DNA from: Iphione sp. A-MEVVRFRX5
Lineage: Eukaryota
DNA: 64,000 bases
Reading direction: 5' to 3'
NCBI GenBank assembly: GCA_976226885.1
Contig: OZ320315.1
Span: 38,316,001-38,380,000 of the forward strand
The notes under the pieces were generated by a model that saw only the letters and a list, made by a program, of their open reading frames with translations, was not told the DNA's origin and did not search any database. Position numbers and translations under genes: made by a program. Shown one piece after another: positions 14,151-27,294 of this stretch (position 1 is its first letter; the number at the start of each line of letters is the position of its first letter).

Positions 14151-16020
14151 GAGGCTGTATGTGTAGTTTTCACCACACAAAGGAAGGAAACTGTGCATTA
14201 AAATGCCAAATATCCGTTTGCATATTAGTAGTCATGCACAGAAAACTTTCGCTTAGTTCGCCACATGTGAGACTGAAAAAACCTGGTCTCCATTGCGGTA
14301 TGGCCTGAGTTACAGTTTCGGGTTGCAGCATTGATGACTGTAGGCTTCTGCTGGTATGGTATCTGCTGTGTTCTTTTTATGCAGTAATGCATGTTTTTGG
14401 ATCTGTTAAAACCTGGTTTCTTCCCGGGTCTGGTAGCCTCTGTGATCTGGTTTTTATATCTTACCGGCAGAAATGTTCACTGGGTCACTCCTTCGAAAAG
14501 GTGAGTAAAGTGATACGGAAGGGTCCCTACCTGTTATTGAAGGCGCACAGTCTCCCTTTCCTATAACGTAGGATCATTTTGCAGAGATCCTTGAAACCTT
14601 TGCCCGAACGAACTCGATGAGCCTATTGCATGTTCAAATATCTTGCACAAAATTGGAGAGCCACCTGATGAAGAAGATCTGCTAAAATAGGAAAATCAGA
14701 GCTTTACACACACTGTGGCCATCACGAAGAGCTTGTGTATTCTAGGGGAGGAGGGAGGTGGGAGGGGGGAGGGGGGATGGTACAAAAGGCTGATTGTTAG
14801 AAAGTGATGGATCGGGCCGGGCACTGTTGTTTCTATGATGACGGTGTCCTGATGGTGGTTAGGTGAAACAAGATGAGGCCTTTCGAGCAATATAAACTCT
14901 CTTGGTGGATTATGTAAAACAATCAGTATTAAAATTAATGGGATGTCCCAAATATAAGAAGTATTCCATCTTCCATGGACACTACAACATTGTCTTGAAC
15001 TGTCATGTGATTGGTAGAATTATGTCAGGTTGGTTTTCTATTAGAAGAGGAAATCCTGAGTAAAATGTCTCGTTTTACTAGAACTTCCTTCCTCTGTGGA
15101 CCTTTCTCTCTTGTGAGGTATATCAGACAAAAGAAGCACCTTTGATAGTATTATTGTATCAGAGGGAAATGTTACAACAGTGCCCGCAGTAATTGGAGTA
15201 GCTAGGCAAGCAAGAGCCGTCAGGTGCGAAATGATTCATGTCTGCAGAAGCGAGAATGCTTATCAGTCTACATGTACATTGTGTAATAGATTTAATAGAC
15301 AACTGTGCATTATATGCTGAAAATAGATAACTGTACACTATATGCTGAAAACCTCTGTGCGCATCAGAACTTATTTACTTGCGCCCCATTGTGCCGTTCT
15401 TCATTAGTCATGCTCAACGTGATCACTGTAAAAGCACTACACATATGTATCCTTTCTTCAACAACCTGTTCAGAGTAGGACCACAGTACGGGAATTTACA
15501 TATAAATATCCCAAGACTTACACATACACGTATTTAGAGCAGCTTTGGTGGACAGTCCCTTTATGTATACAGTCACTTTGCTAATAGAAACTACACTGGA
15601 GTACCTTCAACCGAATACAATACATATATTGTTCGTTTCTATAAAGCTCTCCACCTGTAATGAACCTTTGTAAGTAAAGTAACCATTTACGTGACCCTAT
15701 TTATGGCTGTCTCCCTCCGGCTGCATATCAACCTACGCAAAGCCTGAATTCTGAGTAAAATCCGTATCTTATTCACACATGTATCATCACTACTCTGCAC
15801 AGCCGTGTACATGTAAAACCTAAGTTTATATCACCTAGAACATGATCCAAAGAAGAATAAATATCAATAACCATGCACGAAATGAAAATGATACCCTACA
15901 GGCAAGATCTAGTCTTTCTATTCTTCAATATGTGTTTTTTTGAGATAATAATAACTCGTGCCCTCCTGACGTCGAACATGGAGGAGCTGAGGCATGTCTA
16001 CATGTGAAGTTGACAACTAA

Positions 16021-16361
16021 GGCCCCCCAAAAATAGGCGTGTTTCTGGTAACGACCACCCTGAAACCTAGGTAGGGAGGGGGGTATCTTTTTTTAAAATT
16101 TTTTTTCCACTTTCTTCTTCTGGTTTTCAATAATAATAAAGATAATATGAAGAATTTTGACCAATTTGCAGTTTTTACTGAATTTCCATGGATTTTATTG
16201 CTTTTCTACTGAGTCTACAAAAAACATGTGCTGTGAAAACATATATCTAAGGAAATTCAGCCTTGGAAACTCTTTGGGACCAAAGAATTTTTAGGTAGGG
16301 TGAGGTTTTACTAGGTGGGGGGGGGAGCGGTTACCAGAAACACACCTATTTGTTTTTGGCC
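16021..16361. mobile_element. MITE family A copy 2 (PIF/Harbinger-like)
   Basis: TIRs GGCC..aggcgtgtttctggtaac / gttaccagaaacacacctat..GGCC; flanks TAA / TTA; shares the internal blocks gaagaattttgaccaatttgcagtttt and tttccatggattttattg with copy 1. Confidence 0.85.
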
Positions 16362-19300
16362 TTAGGTAAAGGTGAAGTAATAGATGCCTGAAACGAAAAA
16401 GGAGGTAGCGGCTTTTAATGCACCTTGTCCGCGCGATGAATAGGCTGAATGTCTGACCTGACCAGCACTCGCACGTTTGCATATAGGATTCACACACAAT
16501 ATGCAGAAAGCTATGCCATTCTTCAGAAGTCTATCGCAATAAGCAATGGCCCTGCCCTTTGTCCCATTGAAACGTGGAATATGGTCGTTTACTAGCCTCC
16601 AGTGACCCAAATCATGCGTGTGCTCCAGCACATGTATTTAGGGCAGAATGAAATCATGTTTTCTAATATTTTATTGTAGGCAGGGGCAGATATACTTAAG
16701 GATATACTTAAGGAATCGTGTATATAGATGGACCAGATCATCCAATGTTTCACAGGTTTTATCCCCCCCCCCTTCAGTGCGCGTATTTATACTAAAGCTA
16801 CCCAAAAGGTATCGCACCATCACGCCTCGAGCTTATATCGGTGACAGTAAGCCGACAGTGAAGATCGGATTTTAGGTACGCAACTCCCGAAAGGTCTAAG
16901 TCAAACGTCCAAGAGGCTGAAGTGAATACGTGCCATTGGATAAATGAGCTTATTACTGGCGAGTGATATTCGAGTTTACAAAGGTAAGTATTGCATTGTT
17001 TAAGTTAAAGTGACGGGTAGTAAATAATGAAGCACCATAAAGATTGACGTGCTTTTGTTTTTTTCCGGCGCGAAAACACTGACCATTACATGTATGTCAC
17101 AACCAATCTTTTTAAAATAAAAATTACGTTAAATTAAATCCACAGCATTCCACAGATAGGCATGCAAATATTGAACACATTAGGCATAGTTCGTCCTATT
17201 CCCTTTATACTGAAGTACAACAGGCATATATACGCAGGATCCACAGACACTTACATACATATATATATATGGAGATAGAGGTTTTATGTGGAATTCAGAG
17301 CGTGCTGACATACGGGCGATACTGAATAGCAAAGGGAGACTTTACACGCATGCATACATTCATACTCCTTTATCGTGTTCCGTTGTAGCGCATACGTGTG
17401 TACATGGACTCATAAGCTATCTAGATTTCCCCCTAATCGTCTGTTTTGTACAATTTTGTCACCGTTTCTACTGATTTAGCCTAGATGAACGAAATCAGAG
17501 ATGCGTAAGGACAGAGAACTTAATACGGCTCATCGGCTATTAAAAAGCCCACCTGTTATTTGGATATTCCCTGAACAATGTTCCATTTAACGGAAGCCTA
17601 AAGTCCAGGATTGGAAACATTGTTAAAAAATGAGGTGGTTTACTGATTTTGATTGCTACAAATAACATAATTACGTTGTCACTAAAGTATGTTCAGGCCT
17701 GCGAAGTTGAATATCAAATCTGCACGTTTTTTTGCAAAAGCTTGAATCTTGTTTGCAAACACTGAGAATGGGCCGAAGCTGCTTCTATAAATCCCCTTGT
17801 GGGTCCTGTTAGGAAAATAAGAAAACAGGTGATTATTTACAGAGGGGCCCGGTAGGGAACTGTCAGAAGCCTATCCATTGATCATGAAGACGTAGGGAAG
17901 GAAGTGAAGTAGACAAAAGCATGGGCATCAGGTGGTAAAGGCTTGGCCATATGGTAATTTGGACCCTTCACAAGGCACCTCCTTGATCGGAGTTGGATGC
18001 CTCGAGGCAAGGTTTGTAAGTACCGAGAAGGTGGGAGTCAGAGCAATCGGGTTTACGGCCATAAGCTGTGCCGGAGAGCCTTGAACAACATACTGATTCT
18101 GAGAAGGTCGTGCTAGACACACACACACACATACACACACAGCTCGCCGCTTAGAGGCCTATGGACAGAGTACACAGTGCCGAACGAATACTTCCCATCA
18201 CCAGAGGGCGTTGGCAGGAGATATTCGCCTAGTTAAAAGACGAAGTGTTTCAAATACGAAACAATTTCACCAACTACAATGAAGACCCCCCCCCCACGAA
18301 ATTTCGGCATGAACGTTCCATAATTAGAAACAGCCCCAAAAGCCGTAAACCAGATCCTTTAAGACTTTGGAGAAAACGCGCAGCCCCAAATTCCCTCCAC
18401 TCTCCTCTCTTCAATGAGCCCACAAAGCCGTAACTCAATCCTCAATTGACGGTTAAGGTTTTGGCGTCCACGCTGGGTTTTGGCGTCCATGCTGGGCAAT
18501 ATTTCAGCGTAACTCAAGCGACGGCGCCCTTTTGTTCCAAGCACAACTGCTTAGCTCTTGTACTGTTGCCCACCAATTAAACGTGATAGAATGACCTCAG
18601 ATCACTCATCAAACTCTGTGCGTTTGCTTTTCTGACCTGTGAGCTCTTCCCGGTCAAGTTCAACATTTTTTTTCCATTGAGCACATCTCGTTATGAGTTC
18701 TTCAGGTGTTGAATGAAAGATGGAAATGCCGGCAAGTTAAGAAGGCGCACATAGTGATAAGTTTACTAGGATCATGGTAATGATGCTGAGCACACTTAGA
18801 ATACCTTATTGTTTTTGCCGTGGAATATTCTCCCTGGCAATGCTATGAATATAAGCAAGATTTTGCTAATACTACCAATCAGATTGGCCAGCTCTAATTT
18901 TAGATGGTTTGTTCAGCCGCTCCAAAGTGGCAGGGCTTACAAAGTAAGACCCATCAAAATTTTATGTTTTCGTCACAAAAGAACTAAAGCCCTGCTTACT
19001 GCTCATTTTGATGATGATGATACGTTCATTCCATGCTTAAATGCCTACCTGAGTAAGATAAAAATGATTTCTAGTACGATTTCAGGGCGTATAAGCCTTT
19101 ATGCCAGTCTCGAGTATAAACCTTGCTTGTATACGGTCAAAACTACAGCGACAACGGACTTCCGAAGGGTGATTACCAACTCAGTGCAATAATAAACAAT
19201 GCATTTAGGACGTTCAACAACGAAGTACATGCATATATGTACACACCTGCCACAGAGTAAGACTTGTAGAGGGAAGGTTTAGAAGTAAATTTAGAAGGCT

Positions 19301-19467
19301 AAGAGGCGGTTGTCACCCCACCGATGAAACGATTCGTCACTGGGCTAACAGCGTGAAGAGAGTATTATCGGTGATTTTTGTATTCCGGCGGGGGCATAGG
19401 AGTATCTGATGTCTATCTTGCCTCTCAGCCGCCATACCTTGTCTGGTCCATCTTAATCTCAAATGAC

Positions 19468-21630
19468 CAAGCTATGTTTTGCTTGTTGTAATGGCACGAG
19501 CTTTTTATGTAAATTAGGGGAGGTAGAGGTGATGCTAAAGAATAATCACGGTGGCATTTTCTAGGGTTAACAGAGACATGGCTTACTTCAAATATTCCAA
19601 CTGAGATTATAGATTCATTTGGTAACATTATGGTTTAGACAAGTAACAAAAACCGAGGGGTGGGATTGATGTATATGTTAATGACAAATTCGACACGAGC
19701 TGCTATCAGACAACTGTTACTCGGGTAAGGAGGAGGATATATATAATCATTCAGATGTCAACCTAGCCATAGGAAGATTTATTACATCATTGTCGTCTAT
19801 CGATCACCAAAAAGTAGTGTTAGGGATTTAGGCCTAAAACAAAGTTCTTTGTTTCCAGTAACAAGCCAAGAAAAGAGAGGGTCAATTGTAAATTTAGGCT
19901 GGCAGGAAGAAATGTGTATGTTTTTATCACTTTTGCTACTTAGATTTTAATGAAACATTATTTCAAATAAAATCTAGTATCCTAGGGGTAATTGGGTGTA
20001 TAGAATATGTCTCTATCATTATGCATTCTGAAGTTACTCAAAAAAAGAAGAAGAAAAAAAGTTACAGTTGGCTGTAATGTAGGGTTGGTCAGGTTACCGG
20101 AAACACAGATACGTTTTGTTTAGGCGTTATAATATATTCTTAACAGTTTGATTTGTAGGACGAAACATCGGAAAAGAGGTTGATAAGTGTGGTGTCAACT
20201 GGCTAGTTGGAAATGAAATGAAGAGGAGCTGTGAGCAATTCGCTAATGGCTTTCGTCTAGTACAAATAATCAAGGGTGCCACTCACCAAGCTTCAGGATG
20301 TCTTGATCAAATTTATATTTCTACATCAGATAATGTGGAGTGTGGTATAATCGTCACAGGGAGCAGTTACCAGTGGCTGGTTTCCTAGACTTCAAGAAGA
20401 AAACCATTAAATCTAAGTTAAAGCTGGTTGCAGGTCGGTCTGATAGGAGTTACTCGTTCGACAGTTTGAAGGCGGGATTGGAAGGGCAAGATTGGGACAC
20501 AAGGTTAATTAGACTCCTCCGTTGATGACAAGTGGGATAAATAGTGGGCTAGTATTACAGATATACATGATTATCAAGGACCTGTTGTTGCTAGAACAGT
20601 TCGTAACGATAGGATCTGTTTGATAAGTGCTAGAGTTCTCTCTCTAAAAAAGGGGGAAGGACCTTTCGTCCGAAAGTGGAGGAACACAGGTAGTGTTGAT
20701 TATAGACGATTATTCTCTTATTATCGGAATATTGCTAATAAAACAATACAGAGCGTGAAAAGGGAACATCCACAACAGGAAACTAGCACTGTAGGGGATC
20801 CGGGCAAATTTTGGAGTTTGGTGAAGAAAGCTATTTGGGGGAAATCTAAATCATATTCAGAAATTAGGATCAGAAAAGGCAAACATAAAATTGATACGCA
20901 TGATGTTCCCAGTTTTATTAATCAATGGTTCACCAATTTGTTAGATGAAATTAGTCAAACAACGAATCCAGTTGTCCCTGAGGATATGCCCGGAAGACAG
21001 GAAGTATTAGGTTTCTATAGGGAAGTGCAGAATGATGAGGTAATCAAACTGATTAGACAAAGAAAAAAAATCGTTTCGCCTTGTTGGAATAAACCAGAGT
21101 GTTTTAAAAGGTGCCCTTGCGATAACTATTAATTTTTTTCACTGGATTACTTAAACAGTCGCTGATGGAAGGAGCCTTTCCCAGAGCATGGAAAAAAGCA
21201 ACAGTCGTTCCCTCCTCAAACAAGGAAGCCCGTTTTCAAAGAGTAATCATAGACCTATATCTCTGCTCCCTGCTCCCGGGAAGACAGCTGAAAAAATAGT
21301 GTGGAAACAATTGTCTGATTTTATGGAGGGTTGTGGCTTATTAAATGAAATGCAATTTGGGTTTAAGCCAGAGAGGGGGCTCAAATCGGGTGTTGTTTAG
21401 AGAGATTTTTGTGCTGATCAATCAAGGAAGCTACGTCTGCACTACATACCTAGATATATCTAAAAGCGTTTTACCTCGTCGATCATAAAGTATTGCTTAG
21501 CTGTTTTCGGTTGAAGGTGCTAGGAGAAAAAATCTTCAACGTTTAGAGAGTATACGGTATAACGCTATTAACAGTTGTGTCCTAGATGGCTGGACGTCAA
21601 AGGATGAGATTATAGTATGCCTTGATACAT
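19468..21630 (+). mobile_element. Decayed CR1/L2-type LINE ORF2 (APE endonuclease + RT), interrupted by a MITE
   Basis: Frameshifted or stop-containing segments: LTETWL (~19570), VVYRSP (~19795), ATHQASGCLDQIYI (~20280), NHRPISLLPAPGKTAEK..QFGFKP (21240-21370), YLDISK..VDHKVLL (~21450). Confidence 0.85.
19831..20126. mobile_element. MITE (Harbinger-like, TIRs related to family A) inserted in the LINE endonuclease
   Basis: GGCCtaaaacaaag..gtttccagtaac / gttaccggaaac..gttttgtttaGGCG, flanked by direct TTA at 19828-19830 and 20127-20129. LINE coding motifs resume after it. Confidence 0.8.
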
Positions 21631-22472
21631 GGCAGAGAAAGCAGTATTTGCTACTAACTACGGTAAATGAGATGCTCCTATTGTCTTTTTGTAGAAAAAA
21701 AACCTACGGATAGGACGAGAACAAGCTGAAGAAAACTTCTTGATGTGGATAGAACTCTCAAATACTTATATCACCGGAGGTTCATACACAAATGCATAAG
21801 GCTGTGTTATCAACTACTTCCAGAGTTTACTGATTTTGAAAAGAATGTGTTTAAGGTCAGGTTTTGTATGCAGGTCAATAATGATAAAGCTGTGCTTGAG
21901 TGCCTGTTGAAAACAATCAGTACGAATGATATAGATACTTGTTCATAGTTCAAGACAAATTGCGAGTGCAGGTTGCCACTGTAAGACATCCCAACTCTTT
22001 AACACTTAAAGAAGACTAATACACCTCATATATGGCCTAACCTTTTCAATCGACTATAGCATAGCCTCTTAGCAATCCTTAGCAGCCCACTAGGCTCAAA
22101 TGGAAGGACACTCAGGGAACACTATGTCAAACCAGTTGATCGAAAGGATTTGATTAGTGTGCAACACCAGTGTCATTTTACCCCGTAGCTTTTCTGGCCT
22201 CAGCTTACAAGAGGTCACTGCAGCGAGTTAGCAGTATTATTCTGTATATTCAGCGTCTACAGAATGTCCTAAGAGCAAGTCCACCAAGGCTACCTGGGTA
22301 AGCCTCAGTCGACTATATGTCAGCTGAGACAACAAGTCCACTGAGCCTACCTGTCGTAGGACGTCAGTATCGATAGGTTGTTCGAAAGTCGTATCTTCAG
22401 CAACTGTGGTGCATATTATCATACATGTATACCACTTCTCATCTCTTACCTTTCATCTGTGTGAGTGAGTCT

Positions 22473-22475
<3 letters not shown>

Positions 22476-22509
<34 letters not shown>
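22476..22509. repeat. (AG)n microsatellite
   Basis: Perfect AG run seen directly. Confidence 0.95.
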
Positions 22510-22511
<2 letters not shown>

Positions 22512-23551
22512 GTTTCCGCAGCAAGAATCTGTAGTGAGACCAGCTAAATTCACTCTAGGCGTACATGTACTTGAAATGATGCAGTGTAATAATACATTGG
22601 GCTTGCGCTCGCAGCCTTCGTTAACGATGCCCGGTCCGCGGTTGAAGGCGCTAAACCTCTCTGAACATCGCTGAGTATTCTTCCCCAACCTGCAACCGCT
22701 GTTGTTGCAACCTGTTGGCTACAGCAAGTACAGTAGTTATCCACGTGACGGTCCATAGGATACCAACAATCATGAGTTTGTTAGTCCCAAACCCTGCAAA
22801 AATAGAAAAGTCAGCGTATAGCAGAAAATACTAATCACCCTTGTACACATCGTAGAACATAAACAGACATGAATACGTCGGCCAAAGATGTTGCTTCGCC
22901 ATGCAACCAGCAGTTACATACCTTTTATGGCCGTAGATCCAAGTTGCCTACTGTTGATAGATGTTCCCTGAGAATTAAAAGGTCATTCAAATCATTCGAA
23001 TTGTAAGACATTGACGTAAGACATGCCTCCTAACTGCTAAGTGTACCTCATCAAAAATGCAATTACAATGATAATATTTATGCATAATCATCCATATCGA
23101 TACAGTTGAATGCCACATTACGGGCAGACCACAGTAATTATTGGACATTACCAGAGTAAGGGACAGTTCAGCAAAGAACATATACATCATAGTATAGTTT
23201 AAATGGGCGTCCTGATGTGGAGTCTGGACAGTTTGGGTCAGAAATAAGGGATGTCCGCAATATGGCAGGAATAAGCTAAATCCAAGAATGTGACCAAGAT
23301 GATATAGGCCAGTGACCTTCCATGAAAGTGTCCGCTTGCAGAAACATATATCAAGACAGTATTAATATGTGGCCTGTTTGGTATTATACGCATACTTCAG
23401 TTGGTAAGGGTAGAAGTTATGGTTTTGCCACTGAATGATGTAGTTAGTACTAGTTGTGGTTTTGGCCATATTCGCTTAACCAGTCTGCTGTGCATTAGAC
23501 AACACGCGTATTCATAGTGAATGATACCTCGAAGGTGGTATTTGCAACCCA

Positions 23552-23729
23552 CATTCAACTCTCACCGAAAGACCAGATCACGGAGGACACCAGACCAGGG
23601 GAGAGACCAAGTTTTAACAGGCCCATATGTATCAATTTTTATATATAAGAGACCATGGAAGAGAACACACCTCAAGAGAGACCATTTTTCTCCAGTACCA
23701 GAGGTGGTCTCCTCAACGAGAGTTGACTG
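23552..23729. mobile_element. Old Tc1/pogo-like MITE
   Basis: CATTCAACTCTC / GAGAGTTGACTG inverted ends and repeated gagacca internal motifs; TSD not preserved. Confidence 0.5.
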
Positions 23730-25377
23730 GTTTTGGTGAGGGCCATGTCTTATCACAATGTAGAGACATTGTCCGCGTGTCTACATTGCTACAACATGTC
23801 AATAAGATGTTGTTCGAACCCAAAATATGTTGCAAATACCACCTTCTTGCCACCACATGATAACGTTGCAACACATCCTGAGACAACGTTGAAGTAATCT
23901 GGCTATTATCATGATTGTAGCATTATAATCACTAAATTCAGTCTAGTGGGTTCAGACAATGTCCCGTTTTTAAACTCAGGAATATATAGAAAGTCAATAT
24001 TCTCTCTCAGACAAAGTTTAAATCACTGGTATAGTTCACTTGGTCTGCTGACAACATAATAAAATTGCTACCTTGAATTACATGGCAGCAATGTGGCATG
24101 CCTGCTGACTGGCTTTGTCTTTATGATGGTCTCTACATACTTTAATTCACTCATTGGGAGGTTAATGGGTACCATTAGCTGGCGCCTGGGACATGGTTAC
24201 CATGTCTCTGTGGCCTGACAATGGCACAGCAGCACTGCCACCCTGAAATGACGTTGCAGGCATGTGGTGGGCCTGCAGGGCTCATGGTTACTTTCTTCTA
24301 TGACTAGCAATACATTACAGCTCAGGGCACGCAATTAACAATGGCAACCTTTCTAGATTGAATGAGTGCTTCCTGTCAATGGCACCGTAAGAATCCTACC
24401 TGCGCGCAGGACAAACATGAAAGCACAGGATGGATTTCCTTCCTACGGTTGTCTGGTCAGCCTGTAGCCCCTCAATCAACCCAAATCACGTTCTTCATTC
24501 TGGGAGGCAATCATTTTATAGTAAAGCTAGTCACAACAGGCTTGTTTTGAGAGGTAGATGCAAATATATTACTTTTTCACTTTCAAGAGGCATAATCTCT
24601 ACACTCCATATTCATCGCTTCCGACCACGCGGTGAGTTAGATGTCTATTCACGTCGTTTGTATTGCATATTTTTCTTCCCCTTTGATTAATCGTGAATGG
24701 AAATAGAAAGGGAATCTGTGTCTATGGCTTGCTGGTTTCACTTTTCATCTGTGCCACGTGCATTTAAGTTTGGTCATAACAGTCTTAGACACACAAGTTG
24801 ATGTATGCATACACACCGACATACATTCAGCTGACCGTGTGTTCATGATCTTTCCGCCTGCCAGACTACTCACAAGGTGGCAGCAGCTGTGAACACAGGG
24901 CCAAAGAGTGCTCTTTGACACATTTATACTTGGTTGTATACTAACTTCATTGCTTCAAAGGGTCAACCAACAAACCCAATGTTGAGACAAAATTCAATCC
25001 TAGATATGCAAAATAAAGAATTGGCTTCATAATCTGAAACGTGAATCTTAGCGCGAACAATAAAGTTCCAATATCTTTAAATACGATCGTTAGACGTTCC
25101 ACCAGTGTACATGTACTCGATTACACCGGGGTCATGTCAGTTTCGGGTTACATTTAATTGTCTGCTTAATTGTCCTCTGTGAGTCCCCCGTGACATTTAC
25201 AGGTATTAGATTCGTAATGATGGATATTCTGGAGACGTTTACGTGCGAGCTACGCCATAAAGATAATTCCGGGGTGGGAGGGTTGGGGGTTTTGGAGGTC
25301 ATGGATGCAATGTGAAATACAGTGATAACATTTGTCTTTCACACAGACGATCGTAGGCGCTGCCGTCCGGATCCGCC

Positions 25378-25512
25378 ATGAAAAAGTCACTCACGTTAAC
25401 CGTACTTTTGGTGGCGACGGCCAGCGTCATCTTTGCGGTGGAGGCTGTTCCTAAGGGGTTCACCATCAGCTTCGATGATTCAGCGTTTTCTGTGAGCGTC
25501 AAGGACGTCGAG
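25378..25512 (+). CDS. SQase-like gene coding exon 1 (signal peptide)
   Basis: Kozak-like ccgccATG; hydrophobic leader; donor GAG|gtatgg, phase 0. An upstream acceptor (ctttcacacag, ending 25346) implies a non-coding exon further 5'. Confidence 0.85.
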
Positions 25513-27254
25513 GTATGGTATCGTCCATCATCATTATACCTTATCCGACTTCATTATTCCCCAGTCTGTCCTATTGTCTTTATACATTTACAGGCGAAAC
25601 GGATGTATCATTCGTTATCGAAGGGTTTCAGCATGAAATCCAATTCAAGCAGGATATAGTATGAGATAAATCCACACGTGTAACTGAATTCGCCGAAACA
25701 GTGTGGGGAAAAACAGTATTCGACCTGGTGTGGATGACATATTATCGTGTAAAAACCCTCATATAAACCTGAATTTTTTTTTCAGTTGTTAAAGCACAGT
25801 AGGGCGGAGCCCCTTGTTTACGTGGGCAAGGTGGAGACAGTGTTCACTGAACATCACGGTAACTGGTTCATCGAGGAGGACTCGAAGAGCAAGATTGGCC
25901 TGGTGAATTTTGAAATAGTCGACACGGAGTCGACGAGCGAGATTAAACTATGGTCCGATGATGGATACAGTGTAAGTTGATGGTGATATAGACAATGGTA
26001 AAAGTGGATTGAAACTTGTAAATCGAATGCAGCATGAAAAAATAGTCATTTTAGAAAAAGTCTCCATTCATTTCTTTAGCTTGTGGTACTAACCATTAAC
26101 CATAGGAGGTGGACGTTTCACATTTTGATGTTAACACACTCAGTGGCCACTGCGAAGGTGCAGCTTTGCGTGAAAAAGTAGGCGATTAGGGGAATAGAAT
26201 GCTTGCTGGCGACAGAATAACCACTATGTCTGAGATAAAATGTCGCTCTGAATAGGCCTACTCCGTTTTAGCATTTCAGGTCTATTACACTGAAAGAAGT
26301 GATGTTTTACATCCCGTATTAAAAAGTTCTTAACAATATGCATATGTGAATACATCAATCCTAATAATGTCGTCATAAATTTAAGTAACTGAGCGTGGTA
26401 GCAATAAACGTACTTCTGAAAAAGTTTTTTTTTAAAGAAACGTAATTTTCAGAGCTGTTATGCACCATGTCGAGTCTTTTATTCCTGGCGGCGTCTGCGC
26501 ACGCATTTTACTTATATTTAATGCCCCTGTTGACGGTTTGCTGACATTTTGGCCTTGTCAGGTGGACTTGGAGCTGAGTTCGCATGACTTCAATCCCCTC
26601 ATCTTGCACTGGTCGGAGCTGGGGGCCGGACCTGACCGGCTCTGGCTGCGCTTGCCTGCTGCGAGCGACGAGCGCGTGTACGGCGCCGGGGAGCAGTACT
26701 CCCGGCTTGATCTACGCGGCCATCAGTACCCGGTCTGGACACGCGAGCAAGGTGTGTGCTAGGACGCCATTTGTTGCCCGCTTCCTCCCCCCTCAGCCAA
26801 GGGCCGGCAGCCTTGTCCTTCGTGTGCCTATACATAATTATGTATCTGTCTATATTTTTCAGTGGCAGTATATGGACTTATACCTATCTGACTTCTCATT
26901 TCCCTTGTCTTGTTAGTGCTTCTTCATCTTTTATTTTTTCTGCTGATGTTTCAGTGTAATGTACTATTAGAGGTGACGCCAGACTTACCATTAAGTTCAT
27001 TCACTCAGGGAGCATTAGAATGTCATGACTCACATGAAGAAACGTAATAAACTATCTAATCTACGATAATCATAATGTACAGCGTCTGTCCGATCGGGAA
27101 GGCAATTATGTGATTTGATTAAATTAATGGATGGTGCCTGCTGGAGTTCTTCACGATTAAGATCTAAATCGCACCATAGTGAATGTGACCGTCCAGCTAT
27201 CCACATCTGCCATATGAAGGGCTTTCACTATATCATATGTTACAGGGAAAGCGA

Positions 27255-27294
<40 letters not shown>

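Noticed and set aside
17928-18140. Possible terminal exon on the minus strand (..YGQAFTT*)
   Set aside because: The acceptor lies in a (GT)n tract, there is no recognisable domain and no partner exons were found.
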